Shown piece by piece: positions 33,544 through 43,911 of a stretch of DNA of 64,000 bases. Location: positions 192,001 through 256,000 of the forward strand of contig CAVSBT010000015.1 of assembly GCA_963726245.1 (NCBI GenBank). Direction: 5' to 3'. The translations under genes and the position numbers were made by a program. Each line of letters starts with the position of its first letter. The first letter of the stretch is position 1. The stretch is from an uncultured Chloroflexia bacterium. Lineage in GTDB: Bacteria > Chloroflexota > Dehalococcoidia > DSTF01 > JALHUB01. The notes below the pieces were generated by a model. The model was not told the origin of the DNA, ran no database searches, and worked only from the letters and a program-made list of their open reading frames with translations.

Positions 33544-34266
33544 TCAGGCGACCTCCTCCAGGGCGGGCTCCAGCCGGTGGCGCAGGGAAGCCAGGATCTT
33601 CTTGTGAAGCTGGCATATGCGCGACTCCGAGAGCCCCATCAGCGCCCCGATCTCGTGGAAGGGCATGGACTGCCCGTAGCGCATATAGAGGATGGAGCGC
33701 TCCCGTGACGACAGGGTGCCCATGGCGTCCTTCAAGAGACCCAGCGTGGCCCGGTGTTCCGTCGCCGTTGCCGGGTTGCCGAACTCGTCTTCATCGGCGG
33801 GATCCCAGATCAGGCCGGGATTGTCCGGTCGATCCTCCAGGCACTGCTCCAGGGAGACGACTTTGGAGCTTGAGCGAGAGCGGAGGACGTGCAGCTCGTC
33901 CAGGCTTAGGCCGAGGCGCAGCGCGATCTCCTTGTTGGTCGGCCAGCGTCCCAGTTGACAGGCCAGCTCCTGGGAGCCCTGTTCCAGCTCGCGGGCGCTG
34001 CGGCGCACAGAGCGAGGCAGGACGTCCTGCTTGCGGATCGCGTCAAGGATGGAGCCCCGTATGCGTCGCACCGCGAAGCTAGCGAAGCTGGTGCCGCGCT
34101 CGGGGTCAAAGCTGTCGACGGCTTGGATGAGCCCCTCGGTGCCATAGGCCATGGCATCATCTCGATCCAGGCCGTTTCTATTGCTCGTCTCCGATGACAT
34201 CCTGCCGACGACAAAGGCCACCAGCGGCATGTGACGTATGATCATCGCGTCTCGTTCTATCACCAT
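33544..34266 (-). CDS. FliA/WhiG family RNA polymerase sigma factor
   Basis: GLIQAVDSFDPERG, FAVRRIRGSILDAIRKQD, LGRWPT, EIGALMGLSESRICQLH; ATG after ggagg. Confidence 0.92.
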   Translation of the reverse strand: MVIERDAMIIRHMPLVAFVVGRMSSETSNRNGLDRDDAMAYGTEGLIQAVDSFDPERGTSFASFAVRRIRGSILDAIRKQDVLPRSVRRSARELEQGSQELACQLGRWPTNKEIALRLGLSLDELHVLRSRSSSKVVSLEQCLEDRPDNPGLIWDPADEDEFGNPATATEHRATLGLLKDAMGTLSSRERSILYMRYGQSMPFHEIGALMGLSESRICQLHKKILASLRHRLEPALEEVA

Positions 34267-34293
34267 CTCGCGCCTCCGGGTCGTCCGAGCGGC

Positions 34294-34328
34294 AAACAAG
34301 AGCCGCCTTCGGAATGACCGACGGCGGC
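34294..34328 (-). terminator. Riboswitch expression-platform terminator before the sigma gene
   Basis: Minus-strand gccgccgtcgg-tcatt-ccgaaggcggc followed by tcttgttt. Confidence 0.65.
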
Positions 34329-34396
34329 AAACCCGTGCCTGATCTCCCTGGCGGTGTGGCGCTAGAGGCGATGATCCTTTCGCCAGTACTATGGCC

Positions 34397-34495
34397 TTCG
34401 GTAGCCCGGCTGCCCTGGCTCCACCGTCCGTGGCGGAGGGAGCCTTAGGTCCGCGGCTTTGCGCCCCCCTCTTTCGAAGGGTTTGCCTTTGTCGG
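34397..34495 (-). ncRNA. c-di-GMP-I (GEMM) riboswitch
   Basis: Minus-strand aGGCAAACccttcGAAAgagggggGCGCAAAGCCgcggacCTAAgg...GGCAGCCGGGCTACCGaa matches the GEMM consensus including GAAA tetraloop and receptor. Confidence 0.92.
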
Positions 34496-34926
34496 TGCCT
34501 CTCTCTGTTGTCTCGCGGGTGGGTGGCCTATCGACCGTTGCGGCCACTCGCCGAACCCCTTCGAACTTCCAAACGCATCGTAACTTCTTGTGTAACGTGT
34601 TGGGGTGGCCTCGCCGGTAACGGTTTGGTGAAGGCTGCGTCGACCGCTGTCTAGTCGGATACGGCCGGCACGCCTGGCTGCTAATACCATGCTCTGCTAT
34701 CCTGATCTGTGGGGTGGATGGGACGCTTCGGGCCCTGGCCTGGCTCCCTGCGAGCCTTTCGCCGGCGCGGCATAGGGCGCTACAGAGACCATCGATGGGC
34801 GCGTCCCTAGGTCGTGGCCGGCGTGCGGCTGCTGAGGCAGGGTCCTTTCTTCGCAATCCTTCCACGCGAGCCAATCCGACCCTGTAAGAGGCCCTGCGGC
34901 TGGTCGACAACTACTCAGAGGGTGCT

Positions 34927-35622
34927 GTGAGGAGAGAACCTCTCACCAGGCAGGTGCAGAAGCAGCAGACGCGGGCTCTGCTCGTCAATGCTGCGCTGCG
35001 TGTCTTCGCCGAGCATGGCTACGAAGCGGCTACGGTGGAGGAGATCTCCGCCGCGGCCGGCTACTCCAAGGGGGCCTTCTACTTTCACTTCGGCAGCAAG
35101 GAAGACATCTTCTTGGAACTGCTGAAGCAGTGGACCGGCGAGCAGAGGGAGCGCCTGACAGCTTTCGACGACGCCACGCCGGCGGCAGCCGCTCTCTTGG
35201 AGGGCCTGGAGAGCTTCCTCTCCTACGAGGAGCGCGAGATTGTCTGGCCACGCCTGCTGGTGGAGTTCTGGGCTCAGGCCCGGCACCAAGAGGCCATCCG
35301 CCGTGGTCTGGGTCAGGCCTACGCAGCCTGGCGCCGGCTTCTGGCGCAGGCCTTCCGTCGCGCCGGCGACGCCGGGCTTCTCTCGCCGCAGTTCGAGCCG
35401 GACGACGCCGCTCGGCTGGTCCTGTCCACCCACGATGGGCTGGTTGTGGAGGCCTGCATCGACCCCGCGGCTGCCGGGAAGGTCTCTCTGCGGCGGGTGC
35501 TGGGTGCCCTGCTCGCCTATCTAGCCTCGCCCGCCGCCAAGGAGCTGCCTGAGGCGGCCCGACCGCTGGCTACAAAGAAGTCCGCGGCTGGGGCCCGCCG
35601 CTCTCGATCCTCCGCCGCCTGA
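34927..35622 (+). CDS. TetR/AcrR family regulator
   Basis: TRALLVNAALRVF...TVEEISAAAGYSKGAFYFHFGSKE. Confidence 0.92.
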   Translation: MRREPLTRQVQKQQTRALLVNAALRVFAEHGYEAATVEEISAAAGYSKGAFYFHFGSKEDIFLELLKQWTGEQRERLTAFDDATPAAAALLEGLESFLSYEEREIVWPRLLVEFWAQARHQEAIRRGLGQAYAAWRRLLAQAFRRAGDAGLLSPQFEPDDAARLVLSTHDGLVVEACIDPAAAGKVSLRRVLGALLAYLASPAAKELPEAARPLATKKSAAGARRSRSSAA

Positions 35623-35779
35623 TACCGCCACCCGCCGTGACCCATCCTGGAGTGCGCCTGCCGATCCCGTGGTATAGTTGCGTGTCGAAGCCCGTACTTG
35701 GCATGATCATGCGTGCCCTAGCCTCGCTGGAGGCGCGGGCCATGGCCTGCGGGCGGTCTGGCTCGGTGTGACAAGCGGC

Positions 35780-36424
35780 ATGAGCTGGGAAGAGGAGAAA
35801 CAGGAAGTCATCGCGGCCTGCCGGCGCATCGTCGCCGCGGGGTTGGTGGCGGGCGCCAGCGGCAACGTTAGCCGCCGAGTCGAGGGCTCCGATGGGGCGC
35901 CGCTCGTGGCCATCACGCCCAGCCGCGTGCCCTACGAACGCCTGACCGCTGGCGACATCCTGGTCATCGACTTCGAGGGGGACCCTGTGGAAGGGGAGGG
36001 CGAGCCCTCCAGCGAGACGCCGGCTCATCTGGCCGTCTATCGGGCCCGCGCCGACGTGGGGGCCGTCATCCATACCCACTCGATCTACGCCAGCGCCCTG
36101 GCGGTGGCGGGCCTGGAGATACCGCCGCTTCTCGACGAGCAGGTGGTGGCCCTGGGCGGCTCCGTCCCCATCGCCGGGTACGCCATGTCCGCGAGCCAGG
36201 AGCTCGCCAATAAGGCCTGCGCGGCCCTCGGCGAGGGCAACGCCGTCCTCCTGCGAAACCATGGCGTTCTGGGCGTGGGCGCCGACCTGGAGGAGGCCGC
36301 CTCCGTCTGCGAGCTGGTCGAGCGGCTGGCCCAGGTGTACGTGCTGGCGCTTGGGCTGGGACGGGTCGCGCCCCTGGCCGGGCATGTGGTCGAGGCGGAG
36401 AAGAAGATATTTCGCCAAACATGA
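35780..36424 (+). CDS. Class II aldolase/adducin family (FucA/MtnB-like)
   Basis: SGNVS, ITPS, PSSETPAH, HTHS, LLRNHG. Confidence 0.9.
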   Translation: MSWEEEKQEVIAACRRIVAAGLVAGASGNVSRRVEGSDGAPLVAITPSRVPYERLTAGDILVIDFEGDPVEGEGEPSSETPAHLAVYRARADVGAVIHTHSIYASALAVAGLEIPPLLDEQVVALGGSVPIAGYAMSASQELANKACAALGEGNAVLLRNHGVLGVGADLEEAASVCELVERLAQVYVLALGLGRVAPLAGHVVEAEKKIFRQT

Positions 36425-37269
36425 GCCCCGTGGAGCCCATCGACTTCATAGAGCGCTGGCGGCGCATCATCGAAGAGCGCAGGCTTCAGACGGACGCCGC
36501 CTACGCCCGCCTGGGCCGCACCACCGCCGACTACTGGGCGCGCCGCGCCGGCCGCTTCGCCGCCTTCAGCCGCGAGTCCCGCCCCGACCCGTTCCTGGAG
36601 AAGGTGCTCGCCTTCGTCGACGGCCGCTCCACGGTGCTGGACGTGGGAGCCGGCACCGGCCGCCACTCGGTGCCGCTGGCGCACGTGGCGAAGCGGGTCC
36701 TGGCAGTCGAGCCGTCGGCGGCTATGGCCTCTCGCCTGCGGGAGTGGGCGCAGAATGAAGGTCTGGGCAACATCGAGGTCATCGAGGGCGCCTGGCCCGA
36801 TGTTGACGTCCCTGCCTGCGACGTGGCCATCTCCTCCCACGTGCTCTACCCGGTGGCGGAGGTGGAGCCCTTCCTGCGCAGGCTGGACGCCTCGGCGCGG
36901 CGCCACTGCTTCCTCTGGCTCCACGACGGCCAGATGGCCCTGGAGTCGCTGGGGCTCTGGGAGCGCTTCCACGGGGAGCCACGCGCCCGCCAGCCCACCG
37001 TCCGCGACGCGCTGCCCGTCCTCTGGCAGATGGGCCTGCGCCCCAATCTGGAGATGAAAACCCTGCCTGAGAGCTGGTCGTGGGAGAGCATGGACGAGGC
37101 GGCCGGGCACTTTCGCGAGCACCTGGCTATCCCGGAGGACGAGGCCACGGAGGCACGGCTGCGGGAGATGCTGACCGCTGCCCTCGTGCAGCGCGAGGGC
37201 CGCCTCCACCTGCCGAGGACGACGTACCGGTCGGCCATCGTGTGGTGGGAGAAGGAGGGAGCGCCATGA
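36421..37269 (+). CDS. Class I SAM-dependent methyltransferase
   Basis: VLDVGAGTG, AVEPS, SHVLY. Confidence 0.88.
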   Translation: MSPVEPIDFIERWRRIIEERRLQTDAAYARLGRTTADYWARRAGRFAAFSRESRPDPFLEKVLAFVDGRSTVLDVGAGTGRHSVPLAHVAKRVLAVEPSAAMASRLREWAQNEGLGNIEVIEGAWPDVDVPACDVAISSHVLYPVAEVEPFLRRLDASARRHCFLWLHDGQMALESLGLWERFHGEPRARQPTVRDALPVLWQMGLRPNLEMKTLPESWSWESMDEAAGHFREHLAIPEDEATEARLREMLTAALVQREGRLHLPRTTYRSAIVWWEKEGAP

Positions 37270-38852
37270 CCAGCCTTCCGCCCCACATAGCCGCCCTCCT
37301 CTCGCCGGAGGCGTACCCCCACAAGGTGGGGCGGGTCGACCTCGTCCAGACCCATATCTCCTACGTCTTCCTGGCCGGCGACTTCGTCTACAAGGTGAAG
37401 AAGCCCGTTGACCTGGGCTTCCTGGACTTCACCACTCTGGAGAAGCGACATCACTTCTGCCAGGAGGAGGTGCGACTCAACCGGCGCCTCTGCCCCGGCA
37501 TCTACCTGGGCGTGGTGCCCGTCGCCTACGTCGAGGGCAAGGCAGCGGTCGATGGCGGCGGGCACGGTGGTCGACTACGCCGTCAAGATGAAGCGCCTGC
37601 CGGATGAGCGCATGATGGACCACCTGCTGGAGAAGGACGCCGTCACCGCCGAGATGGTGCGCGGCCTGGCGCGGCGGCTCGCCGAGTTCCACGCCTCGGC
37701 GGAGACGGGGCCGGAGATCGAGGCCTTCGGCGGCCTGGACGATCATCACCGGCAACTGGCGCGAGAACTTCGAGCAGACGGAGCCCTATGTCGGCCGCAC
37801 CATCACCGCTCGCCGGTTCCAGGAGACCCGCGAGTACGTGGAGGGCTTCCTCGCCCAGGAGAGGGACCTGTTCGAGGCGCGGGTGCGCGAGGGCCGCGTC
37901 CGCGACTGCCACGGCGACCTGCGGGCGGACGCCGTCTGCTTCCAGGACGGCATCTGCATCTTCGATTGCATCGAGTTCAACCAGCGCTTTCGCTACTCGG
38001 ACGTGGCCTCCGACCTGGCCTTCCTGGCGATGGACCTGGACTTCCGCGGCCGGCCCGCCATGTCCGACGAGCTGGTGGGCCTCTACCTGGAGATGTCCGG
38101 CGACAGCACGCTTCCGCTGGTGCTGGACTTCTACAAGTGCTACCGGGCCTACGTGCGGGGCAAGGTGGAGGGCTTCCTGCTCGACGCGCCGGAGGTGCCG
38201 GCGGCCCAGAAGTCGGCGGCGCGCGGGCGGGCCCGCGCCTACTTCCGTCTGGCCCACGGCTACGCGCGGCGGCGCACGCCGTGCACGCTGGTCAACATGG
38301 TCGGCCTCAGCGGCACGCGGCAAGAGCTTCCTGGCGAACGCCCTGGCCGCTCGACTGGGCGCCGTCGTCATCTCGTCCGACGTCGTGCGCAAGCGGCTGG
38401 CGGGCGTCGAGCCGACGGAGCGGCACATCGAGCCCTGGGCGCGGGGGATCTACGCGCCGGAGCGGACGGAGCGCACCTACGAGGCGATGCTGGAGGAGGC
38501 GGAGCCGCACCTGGAGCGCGGCCGGCCGGTCATCCTCGACGCCACCTTCCTGTTGCGAAGGCACCGCGAGGCGGCGAGGGAGCTGGCGCGTCGGCGGGGT
38601 GCCCGCTACCTGGCAGTGGAGTGCCTGGCCGACGAGTCGCTGGCCCGCGAGCGGCTGGCGCGGCGGTCCGAGGACCCCTGGACGGCCTCCGATGGCCGCT
38701 GGGAGATCTTCGCTGCCCAGCGAGAGCACTTCGAGCCGCTGACAGAGGTGTCGAAGCGCGAGCTGCTGCGGGTGGACACGGCGCGGTCGCTAGGGGAGCA
38801 GCTTGACATAATCGTGGCCCGCACCGTTGGGCGTCGCGGGAGAGTCTGTTGA
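37266..38852 (+). CDS. Aminoglycoside-phosphotransferase-like kinase fused to a P-loop (AAA_33-type) kinase domain (frameshifted)
   Basis: QTHISYVFL, KVKKPV, CHGDL, FDCIEFN, DLAFLAMDL; GLSG..GKS, SSDVVRK, DATF. Confidence 0.85.
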
Positions 38853-38864
38853 TAAGCCCTCCAG

Positions 38865-38933
38865 TCCTGTCACCCTGAGCGAAGCGAAGGGTCTCTGTGA
38901 ACCAGATTCTTCGCTGCGCTCAGAATGACAGGA
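38865..38933. repeat. TGTCATTCTGAG-family palindromic repeat (copy 2, inverted)
   Basis: Reverse complement near-identical to 16172-16246. Confidence 0.8.
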
Positions 38934-38977
38934 GTGGCACAAGGGCCTTTTTTCAAGAAGCCCCGGAGATGAGGGCG

Positions 38978-41900
38978 CTATAGGCCGCCTACCATCTCCT
39001 CCGCCATCTCCACGTGCTTGGGCATGCCGATCTGGCGGTACATGGCGATGGCTTCCGTGAGCAGCTCGCGGGCCTTGCTCGCGGTCGCCGGGGGCGTCGC
39101 GGTCGATGAGCATGCGGGCGTACCAGCGCCGCACCTCCGGCTGCTCGATGACGATCGGTATCTCATGGGCCTGGCGCAGGGCCGTCTGGTAGTGCTCCTC
39201 CGCCTTCTCCCACTGGCCGCCGGCACGCCGCCGCGATGCCGGCCACGGTCTGAAAGAGCGGACAACCAGACACGAGGGGGCCGGAATCGATGGCCTCCAG
39301 GACCAGGGGGTAGAGCTTCGCGGCCTCCTCTCGTTCACCGAGGACGGCCAGCCCTTCGACCGCCGCGAAGAGCATCCCCAGGCGCCCACGGTGTTGGCGC
39401 GGCCGGGGCGCGGAAGGCCTTTCCGCCGCTCCTCCAGCGCGGCCAGGGCTGCATCCTTGTCGCCCATGTACCCCTGGCACAGGAAGAGCCCGGCCCAGTC
39501 GTCACCCGGCCAGCACGCCCGGGGGCTCCAGCCTGGCGCGCCTCCTGGAAGCTCTCCAGCGCCTGGTCCCAGCGGCCCCTCCAGAAATGCGCCAGGCCAA
39601 GGTAGGTGTAGGAGTTGGAGACCCAGGGCATGCCGGCGCTGCGACATAGCTCCAGGTCCGCCCTGGCGAACTCCTCGAATCTGTCGATGTCGCCCGTCAG
39701 GCTGAGATCGTTGAAGCCGCTACCGCGCCTGACCGCCAGGAGGGCCTGCAGGTGGCCCAGGCGCTCGGCCAGCGGCTCCGCCTCCTCGGCTATCCTGGCG
39801 GCTTCATCGAAGCGGCCGAGAAAACCGAGGGCGTACTGGGTGCCGTACAGCGTGTCGGCCAGAACCCAGAGGTCGCCGGCGGAGCGCAAGAGCTCGGCCG
39901 CCCGCAGGCCGGCGTCGACCGCTTCCCGCGGCTGCAGGTACCACAGGTTCATGTTTGCCCTCGCTGACAGGACGTATCCGAGCAGTCGCTCGTCGCCCAA
40001 CTCCTGGCCCATGGCCAGGGCCCGGTCCAGCGGCGGCTGGGCGGCATCATAATCGCCGCAATAGTACAGGAGCACGCCCTCGATCATTAGGAGGCGGCAG
40101 CGGGCGACGCTCGCCTCCTCGCCCACGGAGGCGAGGCCGCGGCGGGCGACCTCTAACCCTTCGTCCCAGCGGGCTGCATAGGCCAGCAGTGCGCCTAACC
40201 CGTTGCAGACGCGGGCCAGCGCCTGGGCGTCGCCCAGCTTCTCGTAGGTGTCCAGCGCCTCCCGCCAGTCAGTCAGCGCCTCCTCCCAGCGGCCCAGGCT
40301 GCGCAGGGCCAGCCCCCGCTTGAAGAGCAGGTCGGCCCGCGCCCGCCGGTCTTCGGCTGGCTGCAAGGAGAGGGCGTTCTCGTAGTGGCGCAGGGCGTCC
40401 TCGAAGGCGGCGGCAGCGAGGGCCTGGTCGCCAGCCAGCGCCAGGTAGCGCACCGTCTTCTCGGGGTCGGCGGCGGCCCCGGCCTGGTTGAGGTGGTAGG
40501 CCAGGTCGGCGGCGTGCTCTTCGATGGACCGGGCAGTAGGCCCGCTCGATGGCCTCCGCCACCCGCAGGTGCAGCCGCTGGCGTCGGGGCAGGGACAGAG
40601 CGCTGACCAGCGTCTGGCGGATCAGCTCGTGGGTGAAGGTGAAGCGGGCTTGGGGACCGTCGCTGGCGGCGGTGATAAGGCGGGCCCGCTCCGCCTCGTC
40701 GACGGCGTCCAGCAGGGCATCTGTCTGAACCTCGCCCAGAGCATCGAGCAGCTCGAAGCTGAAGCCACGGCCGATAACGGCGGCGGCGGTGAGTACCCGC
40801 CGGCAGTCCTCGCAGACGCGCTCCAGCCGACGGCCGATGACCAGGCGGACCCCCTCCGGCACGTCCAGCTCGCCTACGCGGAGGTCTGCGCGCCAGCGGC
40901 CCTGGGCGTCGAACAGCTTGCCCTCCTCGGCCAGGTGCTGGAACACCTCCTCCACGAAGAAGGGGTTGCCCTCCGTCTCAGCGTAGACGGCCTGCACCAG
41001 CGGGGCGGGCGGCTCCTGGCCGCTCAGGGCCCGGAGCATGGCCGCCACGCCGTCTTGGGGCAGCCGCCTGAGGGCGATGCGGTGGGCCAGGCGCTGGCGG
41101 AGGAGGCCCTCCAGGGCCCTGGCCAGGGGGCGGCCCACGTCCAGCTCCACGTCTCGGTAGGTGCCCAGGATGAGGACGGGCACCTCGCGGAGCTGCTGAG
41201 CGATGTGCTGGAGCAGCAGGAGGGTGGAGTCGTCGGCCCAGTGCAGGTCGTCCAGCACGAGGAGGAGAGGCTGGGCTCGGGCGGCACGCGCCAGGAACTC
41301 CCGCACACTGTTCAACAGGTAGTGGCGTTCCTGCTCCGGTGGCAGCTCCAGGGGCGGCGGTATGTCGGGAAAGAGGCGGCGCAGCTCCGGCAGGAGCTTG
41401 GCCACCTCCGGCGCCGAATCGCCCAGGGTCTCGCGGAGGGCCGGCGGCGCGATCACCTGGGCCGCGCTCTCCAGGATCTCCACGAAGGCGATGTAGGGCG
41501 GCGCCCCTTCCATCTCGTAGCAGTGGCCGCTCCAGGCCAGTGCTCCGCGCTGGCGGGCCTCGGCCATCAGCTCCTCGGCCAGCCGCGTCTTGCCGACACC
41601 GGGCTCGCCGCCGATCATGACCAGGGCGCCCTGGCCGCGAATCGACTGGTCCAAGAGGCGGCGCAGGTCGGCCCGCTCCGCCTCCCGCCCCACAAAGGGC
41701 GTGCGTTCAGCAACCGCCGGCCCGGCAGTCGGGGCCTCCTTCCGCCAGACGACCTCGTACAGGCGCCACCGCTCCGGGAAGCCCTTGAGGCGGAAGCGGC
41801 CGCGGTCGACCAGTTCCACGTTCTTGGGACGTCCCAGGACCGCCCGCACAGCCTCGGATATCAGTATCTGGCCGCCCTTGGCCTTGGCCGCAACGCGAGC

Positions 41901-42284
41901 AGCGGCATTCACCGTCTCGCCAAAGAGGTCCCGGTCCTCCTCGATGACCTCGCCGGTGTTCAGGCCGATGCGCACCCGCACTTGGTCATCCGCAGGTTGC
42001 CGCAGGTTGTGCCCATAGAGCGCTCGCTGAATGGACGCGGCGCAGGCCACGGCACGCCGCGCCGACCCGAAGGCCACCATGAAGCCGTCACCTATCGACT
42101 TCACCTCGCAGCCGCTGTGCTGCCCCACTTGCTGCCGCACTAGCTCGCGCTGGGCGCGGAGGATCGCGTGGGCGACATCATCGCCCCGGCGTGTCGTCAG
42201 GTCAGTGGAGCCCTCAACGTCGGTGAAGAGGACGGTAACGGTGCCCTCGGGAAGATCCTGAGCCACGGCAGATGATCCCCGCAC
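38978..42284 (-). CDS. Class III nucleotide cyclase + AAA/STAND-type ATPase + TPR protein (frameshifted)
   Basis: VLFTDVEGST, GDGFMVAF, VNAAARV; FVGREAE, GEPGVGKT, LDDLHWAD, GNPFF; TPR-like helices continuing in later frames. Confidence 0.85.
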
Positions 42285-42509
42285 CCTGGATGCACCGCAT
42301 TATTGTTCCGTTTGCTGACGATGTCAACAAGAAGTAGAGCGCGCGAGCTTCAGGCTGGTGCAAGCCGAGAACGTTAGCAGCTTGAGTTGAATAAAGACGG
42401 GCTGCAGAGCTAGGGCCCGGGCAAGGCGTTCAGCGCAACCTCTGCCGCCAGCCCCGCCTGAATCATGCGTTGACGCCGGCCGGTGGGGCATCCGTGAATA
42501 GGGCTCAGC

Positions 42510-43907
42510 TCAGGTAGACTTCGGCTTCCTCGGTGGCCGACCGGCGGCCTTCGCCGCAACAGGGGTAGTACTGCCCGCCGCATAGGCCTCGTCCAGCACC
42601 TCAACCACGTGAGCGACGGTGCCTGGCACACCGTGCTGGCGTAGTCCGGCCTCGAGCTGGAGCATGCAGCCGGGGTTGGCGGTGGCCACCGTCGACGCCT
42701 CCGTGGCAGCCACGGCCCGCATCTTCTCGGCCAGGAGCCTCGATGACATCTCGCGCTGGGTGACGTTGTAGATGCCAGCGCTCCCGCAGCAGCGGTCGGC
42801 GTTCTCCATCTCGACGAGCTCCAGCCCTGGTATGGCTGCCAGAAGCTGGCGCGGCGCGGCCGTGATCCCCTGGGCGTGGGCCAGGTGACAGGAGTCCTGG
42901 TAGGTGACGCGGCGCTCCAGGCGGCCCAGCCCCTCCTGGAAGGGGAGCTCCACCAGGAACTCGGTGATGTCCTTCACAATCGACGAGAAGCGGGCCGCCT
43001 TCTCGGCGTATTCGGGGTCGCCGGCGAGCAGCTCGCCGTACTCCTTGAGGGTGGACCCACAGCCGGCCGCGTTGATGATGACGGCCTCCACGCCTGCGGC
43101 GAGGAAGACATCGATGTTGCGACGGGCCAGCCGGCGGGCAGTGCGGCGGTCGCCGCCGTGGACGAAGAGGGCGCCGCAGCAGACCTGCTCCTCGGGCACC
43201 ACCACCCGGCAACCGTGGCGCTCCAGGACGCGCACCGTGGCCTCGTGCGTCTGAGGGTAGATGAACGGCATCACGCAGCCCGTAAGCAGGGCGACGCGGC
43301 GGGCGCCGCCGTCGGCGCCGGGGTTCGAGGCGGCGCTGGCCGGCGTGAAGAATCGGCCGGCCACCGGCGGCAGGAGCTGCTCGAGGCGGTGCAGATGGAA
43401 GGGCAGGAGCCACAGAAGGTGGGTGCGGCGCATCAGGCTCTGGAGGCCGCTCCGCTGGTAGAAACGCAGCAGAACGGCGAGCAGGCGCAGCCGTCGCGGA
43501 TGGGGGAGCGTCCAGCGCAGCGCGACGGAGCGCAGCCGCCAGCTCAGGGGGCTCCGGCCGGCCGCCACCACCTGCGCGCGACCCCCTTCCATGATGCGCC
43601 CGAATCGCACCCCCGACGGGCAGGCCGTCTCGCAGGCCCGGCACTGGAGGCAGAGGTCCAGGTGCTCCAGGGCCGCGCGCCCCGTCTTGATGCGACCCTG
43701 GCTTAGAGCATCGATCAGGTGGATGCGCCCGCGGGGCGATTCGGTCTCCAGCCCCAGCGCGACGTAGGTCGGGCAGTGGTTCAGGCAGTAGCCGCAGTGG
43801 ATGCAGCGGCTGATGTCCTCCGCCCGTGGCCCTTCCTGCCCGGCAGGCAGGCCTTCTATGCCGGCGGGGACGGCGGTGCGTGTACTCGTGACAGTGGTAT
43901 CCGCCAC
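42510..43907 (-). CDS. glcF: Glycolate oxidase Fe-S subunit
   Basis: CIHCGYCLNHCP, CLQCRACETACP, two CCG domains, NPGCMLQ. Confidence 0.9.
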   Translation of the reverse strand: MADTTVTSTRTAVPAGIEGLPAGQEGPRAEDISRCIHCGYCLNHCPTYVALGLETESPRGRIHLIDALSQGRIKTGRAALEHLDLCLQCRACETACPSGVRFGRIMEGGRAQVVAAGRSPLSWRLRSVALRWTLPHPRRLRLLAVLLRFYQRSGLQSLMRRTHLLWLLPFHLHRLEQLLPPVAGRFFTPASAASNPGADGGARRVALLTGCVMPFIYPQTHEATVRVLERHGCRVVVPEEQVCCGALFVHGGDRRTARRLARRNIDVFLAAGVEAVIINAAGCGSTLKEYGELLAGDPEYAEKAARFSSIVKDITEFLVELPFQEGLGRLERRVTYQDSCHLAHAQGITAAPRQLLAAIPGLELVEMENADRCCGSAGIYNVTQREMSSRLLAEKMRAVAATEASTVATANPGCMLQLEAGLRQHGVPGTVAHVVEVLDEAYAAGSTTPVAAKAAGRPPRKPKST

Positions 43908-43911
43908 TGGC

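Noticed and set aside
34397-34495. 3'3'-cGAMP (GEMM-Ib) riboswitch with a Hypr GGDEF partner
   Set aside because: The discriminating position appears to be G, and the nearby GGDEF keeps Asp in GD(EVL), so c-di-GMP is more likely.
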